Shown here in pieces: positions 8,191 to 18,288 of a stretch of DNA of 64,000 bases (position 1 is the first letter of the stretch; every line of letters starts with the position of its first letter). Origin of the DNA: Synechococcus sp. (GTDB taxonomy: Bacteria > Cyanobacteriota > Cyanobacteriia > PCC-6307 > Cyanobiaceae); the NCBI GenBank assembly GCA_047285535.1, contig JBJBDC010000001.1, positions 2,208,136 to 2,272,135 on the forward strand. The letters are read 5' to 3'. The position numbers were made by a program, and so were the translations under genes. Under the pieces are notes generated by a model that saw only the letters and a program-made list of their open reading frames with translations, was not told the origin of the DNA and ran no database searches.

Positions 8191-11174
8191 GCCGCCACCT
8201 CAATGAATTCAGGTGATGCAGGGGGATGTTGCTTTAAAACTTGCTTGAGATAAAAACCAGTGTGGCTTGATTCATGCTGCGCGACATCCTCAGGAGTACC
8301 AGTGACAACAATCTGACCTCCCTTATCACCACCCTCAGGCCCTAAATCAATGATCCAATCAGAACAACGAATCACATCAAGATTGTGTTCAATGCAGATT
8401 ACAGAGTTTCCTTTATCAACAAGCCGCTGCATTACATCCATCAATTTATGAACGTCATAAAAGCTGAGTCCAGTGGTTGGTTCATCAATTAAATAAAGCG
8501 TTTTACCCGTAGCCCGTTTCGATAATTCTGTGGCAAGTTTGACGCGCTGAGCTTCACCTCCAGAGAGTGTGGGAGCTGGCTGGCCAAGCTTCACGTATCC
8601 AAGACCCACATCAACCAAAGTATTTAAACGATCAGCTGCCTGTGGAATAGCAGAAAACACATCGGCTGCCTGCTCCACGGTCATTTGAAGTACATCGGCA
8701 ATGGTGTGGCCTTTGTATGTCACCTGAAGAGTTTCGCGATTAAACCGAGCTCCTTTACAGACATCACATTGCACATATACATCAGGTAAAAAATTCATTT
8801 CAATCACATTGACACCCTGACCTCGGCAGGCCTCACATCGACCACCCTTCACGTTGAAACTGAACTGTCCTACCTGATAACCACGGGCCTTGGCCTCCAC
8901 CGTTGCCGCAAAAACCTGACGTATGGGATCAAACGCTCCTGTATAGGTAGCGGGATTCGAACGAGGTGTGCGACCAATCGGAGATTGATCAATCACGATC
9001 ACCTTGTCGATGGACTTGAGCCCACGGAGTTCTCCCAACCCTTGTGGGAAGGGCACCTTGTGACCCAGCCCATGCTCCAGGGCTGGATGTAGAAGTTCAT
9101 TGACCAACGTGCTCTTGCCGCTTCCACTCACACCAGTGACTGATACCAGTCGGCCTAGAGGAAATTCAACATTCAACCCATCAAGATTATTGCGTACACA
9201 ATTCAGCAATTTCAAACAGCGGCTGCCGACATTGCGCCGCTCTGAAGGAGTCGGAATGCTCCTCCGACGACTTAAATAAGCACCAGTTAACGAATCTTTA
9301 GCGCTCAAAACATCATCAATCGATCCCTCCGCAACAATGTGACCACCATGCACTCCGGCTCCAGGACCAATATCCACAAGATGATCAGCAGCGCGGATCG
9401 TATCTTCATCATGCTCAACCACTACCAAGGTGTTGCCTAGATCACGCAAACGCTCAAGTGTGGCCAAAAGACGATCATTGTCTCGTTGATGCAAACCGAT
9501 GCTGGGTTCATCAAGCACATAAAGGACACCTGTCAGACCAGCACCAATTTGGGTTGCAAGACGAATTCGCTGCGCCTCACCACCTGAAAGCGTCATCGCT
9601 GGTCGATCCAAACTCAAATAATCCAAGCCCACGTCAAGGAGAAATCGCAGACGCATCCGGATCTCTCTCAATACAAGATCTCCGATCTGAATCTGGCGAG
9701 AATTGAGTAAAGGATCAGACCCTTCATGGATTCCCACACCCATCAAGCGCTCAATCCGTTCAAGAGTCTGTCCCACGCTGACTGCTGTCAGTTCTGTAAT
9801 CCGAAATGGACCAACTTTCACCGCAAGGGCTTCTGGCCGCAAGCGCAGACCAGCACAACTCTCACAGGGAACCAACTCAAGATATTTTTCTAGCTTCTGT
9901 CTCTGCGCTTCACCACTAACGTCCCGCAGCTGACGCTCAAGAATCGGCAATATGCCTTCAAAAGGGCGATGAACACCTGAGCTTTTGCGATAACGGCTAT
10001 CAGCCTGAATTAAAATCGGCTCACGACTGCCATTAAGAAGAACATCTCTTTGTTTATCAGTAAGATCTTTCCAAGGCGTCTTAATTTCAAATCCGAAAGC
10101 TTCACCAACGGAATAAAGCAATGAAAAATAATAGGAATTATCCTTTTCAGCCCATGGAGCAACTGCCGCATAGACGGGCTGTGAAGGATCTGGAATCACC
10201 CTATCGGCTGTGAATTTTCGCAGGTAACCAATTCCGTGGCAAACCTCACAAGCACCATAAGGACTATTAAAAGAAAACAGACGAGGGGAAAGCTCCTCCA
10301 TGACCGCCCCATGAACAGGGCATGCATAATTTTCGGAATAGAGACGTTCTCTTTCCACTCCCTCAGGTAATTCCTCTCCTTTTTTAGGAACGACTTCAAT
10401 GAGAGCTAAACCGTCACCTCGTTTTAATGCTGTACGCAGAGAATCGTTAAGGCGTTCCTGAATACCCTCTCGAGCAACAAGACGGTCCACTACGACCTCA
10501 ATACTGTGCGCATGATTTTTGTCTAACTCAATATTGTCCGATAGCTCACGTACCTCACCATTGATACGAACTCGAGCAAAACCTTCAGCTGCTAATCCGC
10601 TGATCAATTTGCTGTGAGTTCCTTTTTTTCCACGAACAACTGGCGCTAAAAGTTGATAGCGAGTGGATTCGGGAAGCGTCAGAATCTGATCAACCATCTC
10701 ATCGATGGTCTGGGGTCGAATTGAACGACCACATTGAGGGCAATGAGGCTCACCGGCACGGCCAAACAAAAGACGCAGATAATCATGAATCTCAGTGACC
10801 GTGCCAACGGTGGAGCGAGGGTTATGGCTGGTGGATTTCTGATCAATCGAAATGGCTGGTGACAGCCCTTCAATGGCATCCACATCAGGTTTATCCACCT
10901 GTCCCAGAAACTGCCGGGCGTACGCCGACAGACTCTCTACGTAACGACGTTGCCCCTCTGCAAAAATCGTATCGAACGCCAATGAGCTCTTACCACTCCC
11001 ACTGACACCGGTGAACACCACCAATTTGTTGCGCGGAATCGTGACATCCACATTTTTGAGATTGTGCTGACGGGCACCTCGTACCCGAATCACTTCCTCT
11101 TGGGACACTCCAACCAGGTTCACAGCCTTCGCTGAAGAGGAATGATCCTGAGCGGCCGGAGCTGGACCCACCAT
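8187..11174 (-). CDS. uvrA: Excinuclease ABC subunit A
   Basis: Two Walker A motifs GVSGSGKS, LSGGEAQR signatures and Zn fingers. Start chosen at ATG 11174 (ORF extends to 11195). Confidence 0.97.
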   Translation of the reverse strand: MVGPAPAAQDHSSSAKAVNLVGVSQEEVIRVRGARQHNLKNVDVTIPRNKLVVFTGVSGSGKSSLAFDTIFAEGQRRYVESLSAYARQFLGQVDKPDVDAIEGLSPAISIDQKSTSHNPRSTVGTVTEIHDYLRLLFGRAGEPHCPQCGRSIRPQTIDEMVDQILTLPESTRYQLLAPVVRGKKGTHSKLISGLAAEGFARVRINGEVRELSDNIELDKNHAHSIEVVVDRLVAREGIQERLNDSLRTALKRGDGLALIEVVPKKGEELPEGVERERLYSENYACPVHGAVMEELSPRLFSFNSPYGACEVCHGIGYLRKFTADRVIPDPSQPVYAAVAPWAEKDNSYYFSLLYSVGEAFGFEIKTPWKDLTDKQRDVLLNGSREPILIQADSRYRKSSGVHRPFEGILPILERQLRDVSGEAQRQKLEKYLELVPCESCAGLRLRPEALAVKVGPFRITELTAVSVGQTLERIERLMGVGIHEGSDPLLNSRQIQIGDLVLREIRMRLRFLLDVGLDYLSLDRPAMTLSGGEAQRIRLATQIGAGLTGVLYVLDEPSIGLHQRDNDRLLATLERLRDLGNTLVVVEHDEDTIRAADHLVDIGPGAGVHGGHIVAEGSIDDVLSAKDSLTGAYLSRRRSIPTPSERRNVGSRCLKLLNCVRNNLDGLNVEFPLGRLVSVTGVSGSGKSTLVNELLHPALEHGLGHKVPFPQGLGELRGLKSIDKVIVIDQSPIGRTPRSNPATYTGAFDPIRQVFAATVEAKARGYQVGQFSFNVKGGRCEACRGQGVNVIEMNFLPDVYVQCDVCKGARFNRETLQVTYKGHTIADVLQMTVEQAADVFSAIPQAADRLNTLVDVGLGYVKLGQPAPTLSGGEAQRVKLATELSKRATGKTLYLIDEPTTGLSFYDVHKLMDVMQRLVDKGNSVICIEHNLDVIRCSDWIIDLGPEGGDKGGQIVVTGTPEDVAQHESSHTGFYLKQVLKQHPPASPEFIEVAA

Positions 11175-11220
11175 ATAAAAAATATTCAGCAGCACAGGAG
11201 TCTAGAGAGACTGGTGTTAT

Positions 11221-12909
11221 TCAGGCTGCTCGCTGCTCTAACAAACTCGCCGCATAGGCCTGAGCATCATCAAAATCTCCACCAGCCAATTCCGCCAGTT
11301 CCTGGCGTCTGGCCTCAGTGTCCCGCAGATGGGACACTCGCGAGCATGTTTCTCCATTGACTACCTCCTTGCTGACGCGGAAGTGATGATCTGCTGCTGC
11401 TGCCACAAGCGGTTGATGGGTCACACAAAACACCTGGCGATGCTTGGCCATGGTGTGGAGCAAATTCGCCATCGTTCCGCTGACGCGACCGCTAACACCA
11501 CTATCGATCTCATCAAACAACAAAGTGCTGGAACCATCCACATCTGCCAGACAGGTTTTCAGCGCCAAGAGAAAACGCGACATCTCCCCTCCTGAAGCCA
11601 CCTCCGCTAAGGGAGCAAGGGGCTGCCCTGGATTAGCGGAAAACAAAAAACTGATGGCATCGGCGCCCAAATCCATGGGCTCAACCGCAGAGAAATCCAC
11701 CGCAAAACGCACATTTGCAAGCCCCATCGGCCGCAAATGAGTCATCAAACGCTCCTCCAATCGCGCTGCGGAGGCCTGTCTCAAAACCGTGAGGGACTGA
11801 TTACAGGAATCTCGATTCTTTCGAGCCTCCTGTTCCTGACGGCGCAGCACATCCAAAGCAGCGTCCATACCGCCAGCTGCATGCTGTTGTCGAAGGGCAT
11901 CGCGCCGCTCGATCAACACCTTGAGGTCTACGCCATGGCGCCGCTCCAATCGTTTAAGCAAGGCAAGCCGTTCCTGTAGCAACCCCAACCGTTCTGGATC
12001 GCTGTCTAATGAAACACCATAGGTTTCAAGACCCCGAATTAAATCGAGCAGACCAGCTTCAATGTTCAAACACTGTTCAGCTGAACCATTCAGCGAGGCA
12101 TCCAAGCTCTGCATCTGCTGCAACTCATGACAACAGGCCGTGAGGTGATCCAAAGCTGAGGGAGCCTGTTCAGCGCCGTCCTGAAGCCGACCCATTAACA
12201 CTGCAAGACCCTCCAGCAAACGCACGCCATGCACCAGGCGATCTTGCTCGTGTTCCAGCTGTTGAATTTCGGCTGGGTCCTCAAGGGCAGCAGCCTCGAG
12301 TTCCATCAACAATGCGTTTTGTTCGTCCTGTTGTTCCTGAAGAAGACGGCGATCTGACTCCAGCTTCATCAGGGCAGCATGGCAGTCTTGCCAAATTTGC
12401 CAACGCCCACGCACGGTTTGGACGCACTGAGCCAACGGCTCACCGCCCAATCGATCAATCCAGCAACGTTGCTGACCAGGACGAGCGAGCTGCTGGGATT
12501 GCCCCTGGACCGTTAGATCAATCAACAAAGGTCTGAGTTGAAGCAATTGCTGCCTGTTCACCACAACACCATTGAGTCTTGAGCGGCTACTCAATCGTTC
12601 GTCTTGACGTTTCCACTCCCGCGACAAGACGATGTCTTCGCCGTCATCGTCCAATTGCTGCTCCTGAAGCCAGCGCCCCACAGCATCGTCAAGAGTGAAG
12701 GTCGCTTCAATCACTGCACGATCACATCCCGCGCGCACCAACCGACCCGCAGACGTTCCCTGCATGCCCCCAAGCAGGGCATCTAATGCGTCTAACAACA
12801 GCGACTTACCAGCCCCTGTCTCGCCTGTGAGCACAGAAAAGCCCGATTCGAACGCCAGCTCCAAGCTGTCGATCAGAGCGATGTTGTCGAGTCTCAGACC
12901 GGTCAGCAA
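11221..12909 (-). CDS. recN: DNA repair protein RecN
   Basis: LTGETGAGKS, coiled coil, ASGGEMSR, LFDEID, VTHQP. TTG start at 12909 (MLTGLRLDNIALID). Confidence 0.95.
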   Translation of the reverse strand: MLTGLRLDNIALIDSLELAFESGFSVLTGETGAGKSLLLDALDALLGGMQGTSAGRLVRAGCDRAVIEATFTLDDAVGRWLQEQQLDDDGEDIVLSREWKRQDERLSSRSRLNGVVVNRQQLLQLRPLLIDLTVQGQSQQLARPGQQRCWIDRLGGEPLAQCVQTVRGRWQIWQDCHAALMKLESDRRLLQEQQDEQNALLMELEAAALEDPAEIQQLEHEQDRLVHGVRLLEGLAVLMGRLQDGAEQAPSALDHLTACCHELQQMQSLDASLNGSAEQCLNIEAGLLDLIRGLETYGVSLDSDPERLGLLQERLALLKRLERRHGVDLKVLIERRDALRQQHAAGGMDAALDVLRRQEQEARKNRDSCNQSLTVLRQASAARLEERLMTHLRPMGLANVRFAVDFSAVEPMDLGADAISFLFSANPGQPLAPLAEVASGGEMSRFLLALKTCLADVDGSSTLLFDEIDSGVSGRVSGTMANLLHTMAKHRQVFCVTHQPLVAAAADHHFRVSKEVVNGETCSRVSHLRDTEARRQELAELAGGDFDDAQAYAASLLEQRAA

Positions 12910-12985
12910 GGAGGGACCCGGCAGATCACTAAACCGTAGCGACAGCTTCGGTCGTTTAGAAGGGATCACCAACGCAGTGGCGGCT

Positions 12986-14851
12986 GTGGAACAACACGAA
13001 CTAGGAGATTTCATTGAGGCCGCCGGCCTGCTCAAGTACGACCCAGCTGCGATCACTCGGATCTACGCTGGACATCCGCAACGGCTTCTACGTCGCCTCT
13101 GGCAAACCCTTGTCCCCATTGGGCTTTTGCTGTTAGGAATCGGCAGCGACAAACTTCTTGGTCTGCTCAACAATCAGGAGCGAGCCAGATTTAGAGCACG
13201 AGAATTTGCCAATCTGCTGGTCGATCTAGGTCCTGCATTCATCAAGGCAGGCCAAGCGCTTTCCACCCGCCCAGACATTATTCCTCCTGTGCTACTCGAG
13301 GAACTGGCCCAGTTGCAAGACCAACTACCCGGATTCGATAGCGATCTCGCTATGTCTTGCATCGAAGACGATCTCGGTGCACCTGTAAATAGCATCTATG
13401 CCGAACTCGATCGAGAACCAATCTCCGCTGCCTCTCTCGGTCAAGTGCACCAGGGCTATCTCAAGAATGGTCAAAAAGTAGCCGTCAAGGTGCAACGACC
13501 TGGTTTAAGAGAACAAATCACACTCGACCTTTATATCGTCCGCAACATTGCTGCTTGGCTCAATGCCAACATCGGACTCATCCGCAGTGATCTTGTTGCC
13601 CTTATTGATGAATTAGGAAGCCGTGTTTTTGAGGAAATGGACTATCTCAACGAAGCAGAAAATGCGAACAAATTCCGTAATCTGCACAAACACAACCAGC
13701 GTATTGCAGTTCCAAAGATATTCACAGAAGCCACGAGCAGAAGAGTATTGACAATGGAATGGATTGATGGAGTAAAACTTACTAATTTAGAAGCGGTTCG
13801 TGACCTCGGGATCGATCCCGATGAGATGGTCAAAGTCGGGGTCAGCTGCAGCCTTGAACAGCTTCTTGAGCATGGTTTTTTCCACGCTGATCCCCATCCT
13901 GGAAACCTCTTAGCGATGGAAGATGGGCGCCTTTGTTACCTCGATTTCGGCATGATGAGCGAGGTCAGCCGCGAATCCCGCACCGGACTCATCCAGGCAG
14001 TTGTTCATCTTGTTAACCGAAATTTTAAGCAACTTTCCAAAGATTTCGTCACACTTGGTTTTTTAGCTGAAGACGTCAATCTGGAGCCGATCGTTCCCGC
14101 CTTCGAATCCGTCTTCAGTCAAGCCATTGAGATGGGTGTCAACCGGATGGACTTCAAAAGTGTTACCGACGATATGTCCGGAGTGATGTACAAATTCCCG
14201 TTCCGAGTTCCGCCGTATTACGCCCTGATCATTCGCTCTCTTGTAACCCTGGAAGGCATTGCTCTCAGCGTTGATCCTGAATTCAAAATTCTTGGAGCGG
14301 CTTACCCCTATTTCGCAAGACGTTTAATGGAAGATCCAGATCCTCAACTGCGTCAAAGCCTGAAGGAAATGCTCTTTGATGGTGATGCATTCCGCTGGAC
14401 ACGACTTGAAAATCTTGTAGCTAGTGCCGCAAGTCAAAGCCAACTTGATCTCAACACTTTGCTTGATCAAGTTCTGGATTTTCTCTTCTCAGCGAATGGT
14501 GGAATGCTGCGCGATCAACTGGTCGAAGCCATAGCCAATCGTTTGGATGCCTTCGGCTGGACCGCCTTGCAACGCATTGGACGCCGCTTGCCGCGACCTC
14601 TTCAACCCCCACTTCTGCTCGAAGTAGCACCATCGCTGAACCAAGAGAACTATCTCGACCTGGAACCGATCCGGCAGTTGATCAGCGTTCTGCAACAGCT
14701 GCCTGGATTTAATCCTGATCTGGTATTTAGTCGGCTACCACGTTTAATTAGAGAGCCTGATGCGAGACAGATGGGGATTGACCTCGCTCAAGGACTGGCC
14801 GAACGCGGAGTTGTCCGCCTTGTCAAAGCAGCAGCAGCAAGTTCGAACTAG
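12986..14851 (+). CDS. AarF/ABC1/UbiB family atypical kinase
   Basis: LGPAFIKAGQ, AASLGQVH, VAVKVQRP, HADPHPGN, LDFGMM. The start (GTG 12977 or 12986) is uncertain. Confidence 0.9.
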   Translation: MEQHELGDFIEAAGLLKYDPAAITRIYAGHPQRLLRRLWQTLVPIGLLLLGIGSDKLLGLLNNQERARFRAREFANLLVDLGPAFIKAGQALSTRPDIIPPVLLEELAQLQDQLPGFDSDLAMSCIEDDLGAPVNSIYAELDREPISAASLGQVHQGYLKNGQKVAVKVQRPGLREQITLDLYIVRNIAAWLNANIGLIRSDLVALIDELGSRVFEEMDYLNEAENANKFRNLHKHNQRIAVPKIFTEATSRRVLTMEWIDGVKLTNLEAVRDLGIDPDEMVKVGVSCSLEQLLEHGFFHADPHPGNLLAMEDGRLCYLDFGMMSEVSRESRTGLIQAVVHLVNRNFKQLSKDFVTLGFLAEDVNLEPIVPAFESVFSQAIEMGVNRMDFKSVTDDMSGVMYKFPFRVPPYYALIIRSLVTLEGIALSVDPEFKILGAAYPYFARRLMEDPDPQLRQSLKEMLFDGDAFRWTRLENLVASAASQSQLDLNTLLDQVLDFLFSANGGMLRDQLVEAIANRLDAFGWTALQRIGRRLPRPLQPPLLLEVAPSLNQENYLDLEPIRQLISVLQQLPGFNPDLVFSRLPRLIREPDARQMGIDLAQGLAERGVVRLVKAAAASSN

Positions 14852-14873
14852 ATTCCTGCAATTCCTCAAAATC

Positions 14874-15443
14874 ATGTATCGCAGATCCAGCCGCCAAACC
14901 ATCCTGGCGTTTGGTGCCGCAATCGGTCTCAGTATTTCATCTGCGTTTCAACCTGCCCATGCTGCCAAAGATGTTGCCCTTGTCAGTGGAGCCTTCATAA
15001 GATCGATTGAGGTGGCTGATCTTGTCTACCTTGCTGAAACAGGAAAAGCCCGTGGCCTTTTGTCTGACTTGCTACGTGTAGGAAAACAGGATCCCAAAGA
15101 AGTCTCAAAACTATTGAATCAGAAGCTTGAGCTTCCGTTGGTTCTGACAAGTCGGTTGATGTCGACTCGCATTGGAGACGTGATCATTCGGCGCGTCGCC
15201 ACAATCATTTACCCACTCAAAGTTCCTGATCCATCAGTCAGCGTTCCAGCCATCAGAGCCGGAGTGATCAATGGACTGCAAAAAGAAGATGAAGGACTGA
15301 GCCTAATCACATTCCTTGAGGCCTACCCCGCAGAGGTGATGGAAGTGAATCTTCCAGCCTTGTTCTCTTTGATCGAAAAAGCAGAATCCATTGCTGACCT
15401 GGTGAAATTCTTCTCCGATTCCCCACTGGATGGTCTGAAATAA
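14874..15443 (+). CDS. Secreted DUF1400-like protein
   Basis: Signal peptide ending in PAHA-A; AIRAGVI...LSLITFLEAYP pattern; no GxSxG motif. Confidence 0.7.
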   Translation: MYRRSSRQTILAFGAAIGLSISSAFQPAHAAKDVALVSGAFIRSIEVADLVYLAETGKARGLLSDLLRVGKQDPKEVSKLLNQKLELPLVLTSRLMSTRIGDVIIRRVATIIYPLKVPDPSVSVPAIRAGVINGLQKEDEGLSLITFLEAYPAEVMEVNLPALFSLIEKAESIADLVKFFSDSPLDGLK

Positions 15444-15501
15444 AGCCTGATCAATTGGGAGGTCTGAATCCAGACACATAGATTTCTGGAATTGCTGCTC
15501 T

Positions 15502-16614
15502 ATGCGGGTGTCCCTACTCAAGAACCTCCGCCGGCGTTTAACGACCAAACCTGTCATGCAGGACTGGCCTGGACTGATCGAAGCCTATCGATCATGGCTT
15601 CCTGTGTCGTCTGCAACTCCAGTGATCACTTTGCAGGAAGGGGCAACTCCGCTCATTCCCGTCCCATCAATCGCAGAAAGGGTTGGCCGCGGAGTGAAGG
15701 TTTTTGTCAAATACGACGGTCTCAACCCCACGGGATCCTTTAAAGATCGAGGGATGACGATGGCGATCAGCAAAGCCAAGGAAGCTGGCTGTGAAGCGGT
15801 GATTTGTGCAAGCACGGGCAACACAAGTGCCGCTGCAGCTGCCTATGCCCGCCGAGGCGGGATGAGAGCCTTTGTGTTAATCCCTGACGGATACGTAGCA
15901 CAGGGAAAACTGGCTCAGGCACTGGTTTATGGAGCTGAAGTCCTGGCAATTCGGGGAAATTTTGACCGTGCCCTCGACATCGTTCGTGAAGCGGCAGAGA
16001 AATACCCCATCACCTTGGTGAATTCGGTGAATCCTTACCGACTCCAAGGACAAAAAACCGCAGCCTTTGAAATCGTCGATGCTCTAGGAGATGCGCCCGA
16101 CTGGCTTTGCATTCCCATGGGCAACGCAGGAAATATCACGGCCTACTGGATGGGCTTCCAGGAATATGAACAAGCTGGTCGCAGTCGGCGATTACCGCGA
16201 ATGATGGGCTTCCAGGCCAGTGGATCCGCGCCACTGGTGAATGACACCACCGTGAATCATCCAGAAACGATCGCTACCGCCATTCGCATCGGCAACCCGG
16301 TGAACAGAGAGAAGGCCATCGCAGCCCGACAGGCCAGCAACGGGGCTTTCCTAGATATCACCGATCAGGAAATCATCAATGCCTACAAACTTCTCGGTGG
16401 CCAAGAAGGAATCTTTTGTGAACCAGCCAGTGCAGCCTCAGTAGCGGGGTTACTCAAACGTTCCGCAGAGGTTCCAGATGGAGCCACAGTGGTTTGTGTT
16501 TTAACAGGCAATGGCCTGAAAGATCCGGACTGTGCCATCACCAACAACGACGCCGCCTTCTACGCCGATCTCGATCCTGATCTAAACACTGTCGCCAAGG
16601 TGATGGGCTTTTAA
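15502..16614 (+). CDS. thrC: Threonine synthase
   Basis: [10 protein letters not shown] (PLP lysine), [23 protein letters not shown]. An alternative start is ATG 15556. Confidence 0.96.
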   Translation: MRVSLLKNLRRRLTTKPVMQDWPGLIEAYRSWLPVSSATPVITLQEGATPLIPVPSIAERVGRGVKVFVKYDGLNPTGSFKDRGMTMAISKAKEAGCEAVICASTGNTSAAAAAYARRGGMRAFVLIPDGYVAQGKLAQALVYGAEVLAIRGNFDRALDIVREAAEKYPITLVNSVNPYRLQGQKTAAFEIVDALGDAPDWLCIPMGNAGNITAYWMGFQEYEQAGRSRRLPRMMGFQASGSAPLVNDTTVNHPETIATAIRIGNPVNREKAIAARQASNGAFLDITDQEIINAYKLLGGQEGIFCEPASAASVAGLLKRSAEVPDGATVVCVLTGNGLKDPDCAITNNDAAFYADLDPDLNTVAKVMGF

Positions 16615-16734
16615 CTCGGCCCCCCTAAAGATCCAAAACACAGGCTGCAGTCATCTACACCAGTTGTCTAAACCACATTCACAGAGTCTGAAACTCACTT
16701 AAACCACTTTGACGTCATCCGGAAGTGCGGACTC

Positions 16735-17721
16735 ATGGATGTCAACATCTGGATGATCGCTGGCTTCTTGCTGGCGACCTACTCGGTTGTGGCCAATGAT
16801 TCCCTACAAACACTAGGAACATTCATCTCTTCCAACAAGACACGCAGCCCCAAGCTGGTGCAGATGGTCTTCATCTGCACAGTCACGGTTGCGGTACTGA
16901 TGCTGGGCTGGTTTCTCAAGAACGGTGATCCAGCCTGGGGTCGCCTCAATGTTCCCGGTAAAGAATTCTCGCTTCCTGAACCCTTCACCTGGGTTTACAT
17001 CCTTCCTCCCCTTGCTGTGCTGGCTCTCACCCAATGGGGTGCACCCTTGAGCACCTCCTTTCTGGTGCTCTCCTCATTCAAGCCAGCTCATATCGGACAC
17101 CTGCTGAACAGCTCCCTAACGAGCTATTTTTTAGCCATCTGCATTGGCGTGGCTGTCTACGGCCTGGGCATGTGGCAGCTTGAGCGCTGGGTGTTCCAGC
17201 AAACGCAGGAAGGCAAAGATGTCCACAAGATCTGGTATGGCCTGCAATGGTTCTCCACCGGTTTTTTATGGAGCATCTGGCTGGTGCAGGACCTCGCGAA
17301 CATATTTGTTTTCCTGCCTCGCCAGCTTGACCTCGTCCCCATGGCGATCTGCACGGCTGTGCTCTGTCTAGGCTTGTGTGGACTGGTCGCCACCGGCGGT
17401 GGCCCACTCCAGGACGTCTTACGCACCAAGACCAACACCTCCGATTTGCGGTCGGCCACGGTCATTGATTTCTTCTTTGGTCTCTGCCTGCTCTACAAAG
17501 CGTTCCTGTCCACCTTCCCCCTCAGCACCACATGGGTTTTCCTGGGTTTGATCGGTGGCCGGGAGATTGCCCTGCGGGTCAAGGAACAGGAGTTTGAGTC
17601 TGTGTTCACCAATCGTGAGGGCGGAAATCTTGGCAGGATCATCGGTCATGACCTTTGGAAGGCCTTCGTCGGCCTGGTGGTGAGCCTAGGGATTGCGTTC
17701 AGCATTCAAACTCTGATTTGA
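16735..17721 (+). CDS. Polytopic membrane protein, divergent PiT/Pho4 (inorganic phosphate/anion transporter)-like
   Basis: Many hydrophobic segments and two internal repeats: VANDSLQTLG...GAPLSTS and VQDLANIF...FPLSTTW, resembling PiT GANDxAN...PxSTxH motifs. Confidence 0.6.
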   Translation: MDVNIWMIAGFLLATYSVVANDSLQTLGTFISSNKTRSPKLVQMVFICTVTVAVLMLGWFLKNGDPAWGRLNVPGKEFSLPEPFTWVYILPPLAVLALTQWGAPLSTSFLVLSSFKPAHIGHLLNSSLTSYFLAICIGVAVYGLGMWQLERWVFQQTQEGKDVHKIWYGLQWFSTGFLWSIWLVQDLANIFVFLPRQLDLVPMAICTAVLCLGLCGLVATGGGPLQDVLRTKTNTSDLRSATVIDFFFGLCLLYKAFLSTFPLSTTWVFLGLIGGREIALRVKEQEFESVFTNREGGNLGRIIGHDLWKAFVGLVVSLGIAFSIQTLI

Positions 17722-17786
17722 CAAAGCAGAAATTGCGTTACCGCAGGACATCTGGGCGCCACAACTACGAGAGCCCTTGTTCTTTG

Positions 17787-17857
17787 GCATGCAAGCGACC
17801 CCAAACACCGCATTAAGGCATACATCAACGAAGAGCTTCCTGGGGACGCTTGCATGC
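17787..17857. repeat. Inverted repeat / stem-loop (16 of 17 bp paired, 37-nt loop)
   Basis: GCATGCAAGCG-A-CCCCA (17787-17803) pairs with TGGGG-A-CGCTTGCATGC (17841-17857). Confidence 0.85.
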
Positions 17858-17959
17858 TCTCCGCTGAAAGAGGTATCTGCTCATAGCGGAGCCTCCAATT
17901 GCAACAAAATTGGATAGGTTCGGGCCAGAAAGTGCCTGAGGAATCCGCTGATTTTCTTC

Positions 17960-18288
17960 ATTCCAAACCGTGGAAAACCATGGACAACTACCCCTCCAAC
18001 CCCTTCAGACCTTTTCCCCATGTTGTGAGAAATGGGGAAATTGAAACGTCTTCCCCATTTCTGTGATCTCATTCCACAACCATTCATCTCGAAACAGCCC
18101 TGCTACAAAAGAGCTCTAGAGTTTTTCCCCTGGTTTCCACAAGCCCTACTACGACTCTTTTAGTAGTTCTTTTAAGTTAAGAAAAACAGCCTTAAAGCAG
18201 GGGAACACAAAAAACGACAAGCCATTGCACTTCTCACGACCCTGTGAAAATGTGGGTGCAGATTGTTCAAGCTGTTGATCCGGACCTC
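17960..18288. other. Chromosomal replication origin (oriC)
   Basis: DnaA-box-like 9-mers: CGTGGAAAA 17969, TTTTCCCCA 18012, TGTGAGAAA 18024, TGGGGAAAT 18033, TCTTCCCCA 18049, CATTCCACA 18070, TTTTCCCCT 18123, GTTTCCACA 18133, TGTGAAAAT 18243. Also trio-like repeats, an AT-rich tract, position directly upstream of dnaN, and a visible strand-composition switch. Confidence 0.88.

Noticed and set aside
11175..11220. LexA box upstream of uvrA (also looked for at 12910-12985 for recN)
   Set aside because: No AGTAC-N-GTACT-like palindrome seen.
12695..13056. Apparent long head-to-head overlap of recN and the ABC1 kinase ORFs
   Set aside because: Recognisable domains start near 12909 (-) and 12986 (+). 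The extensions come from longest-ORF calling.
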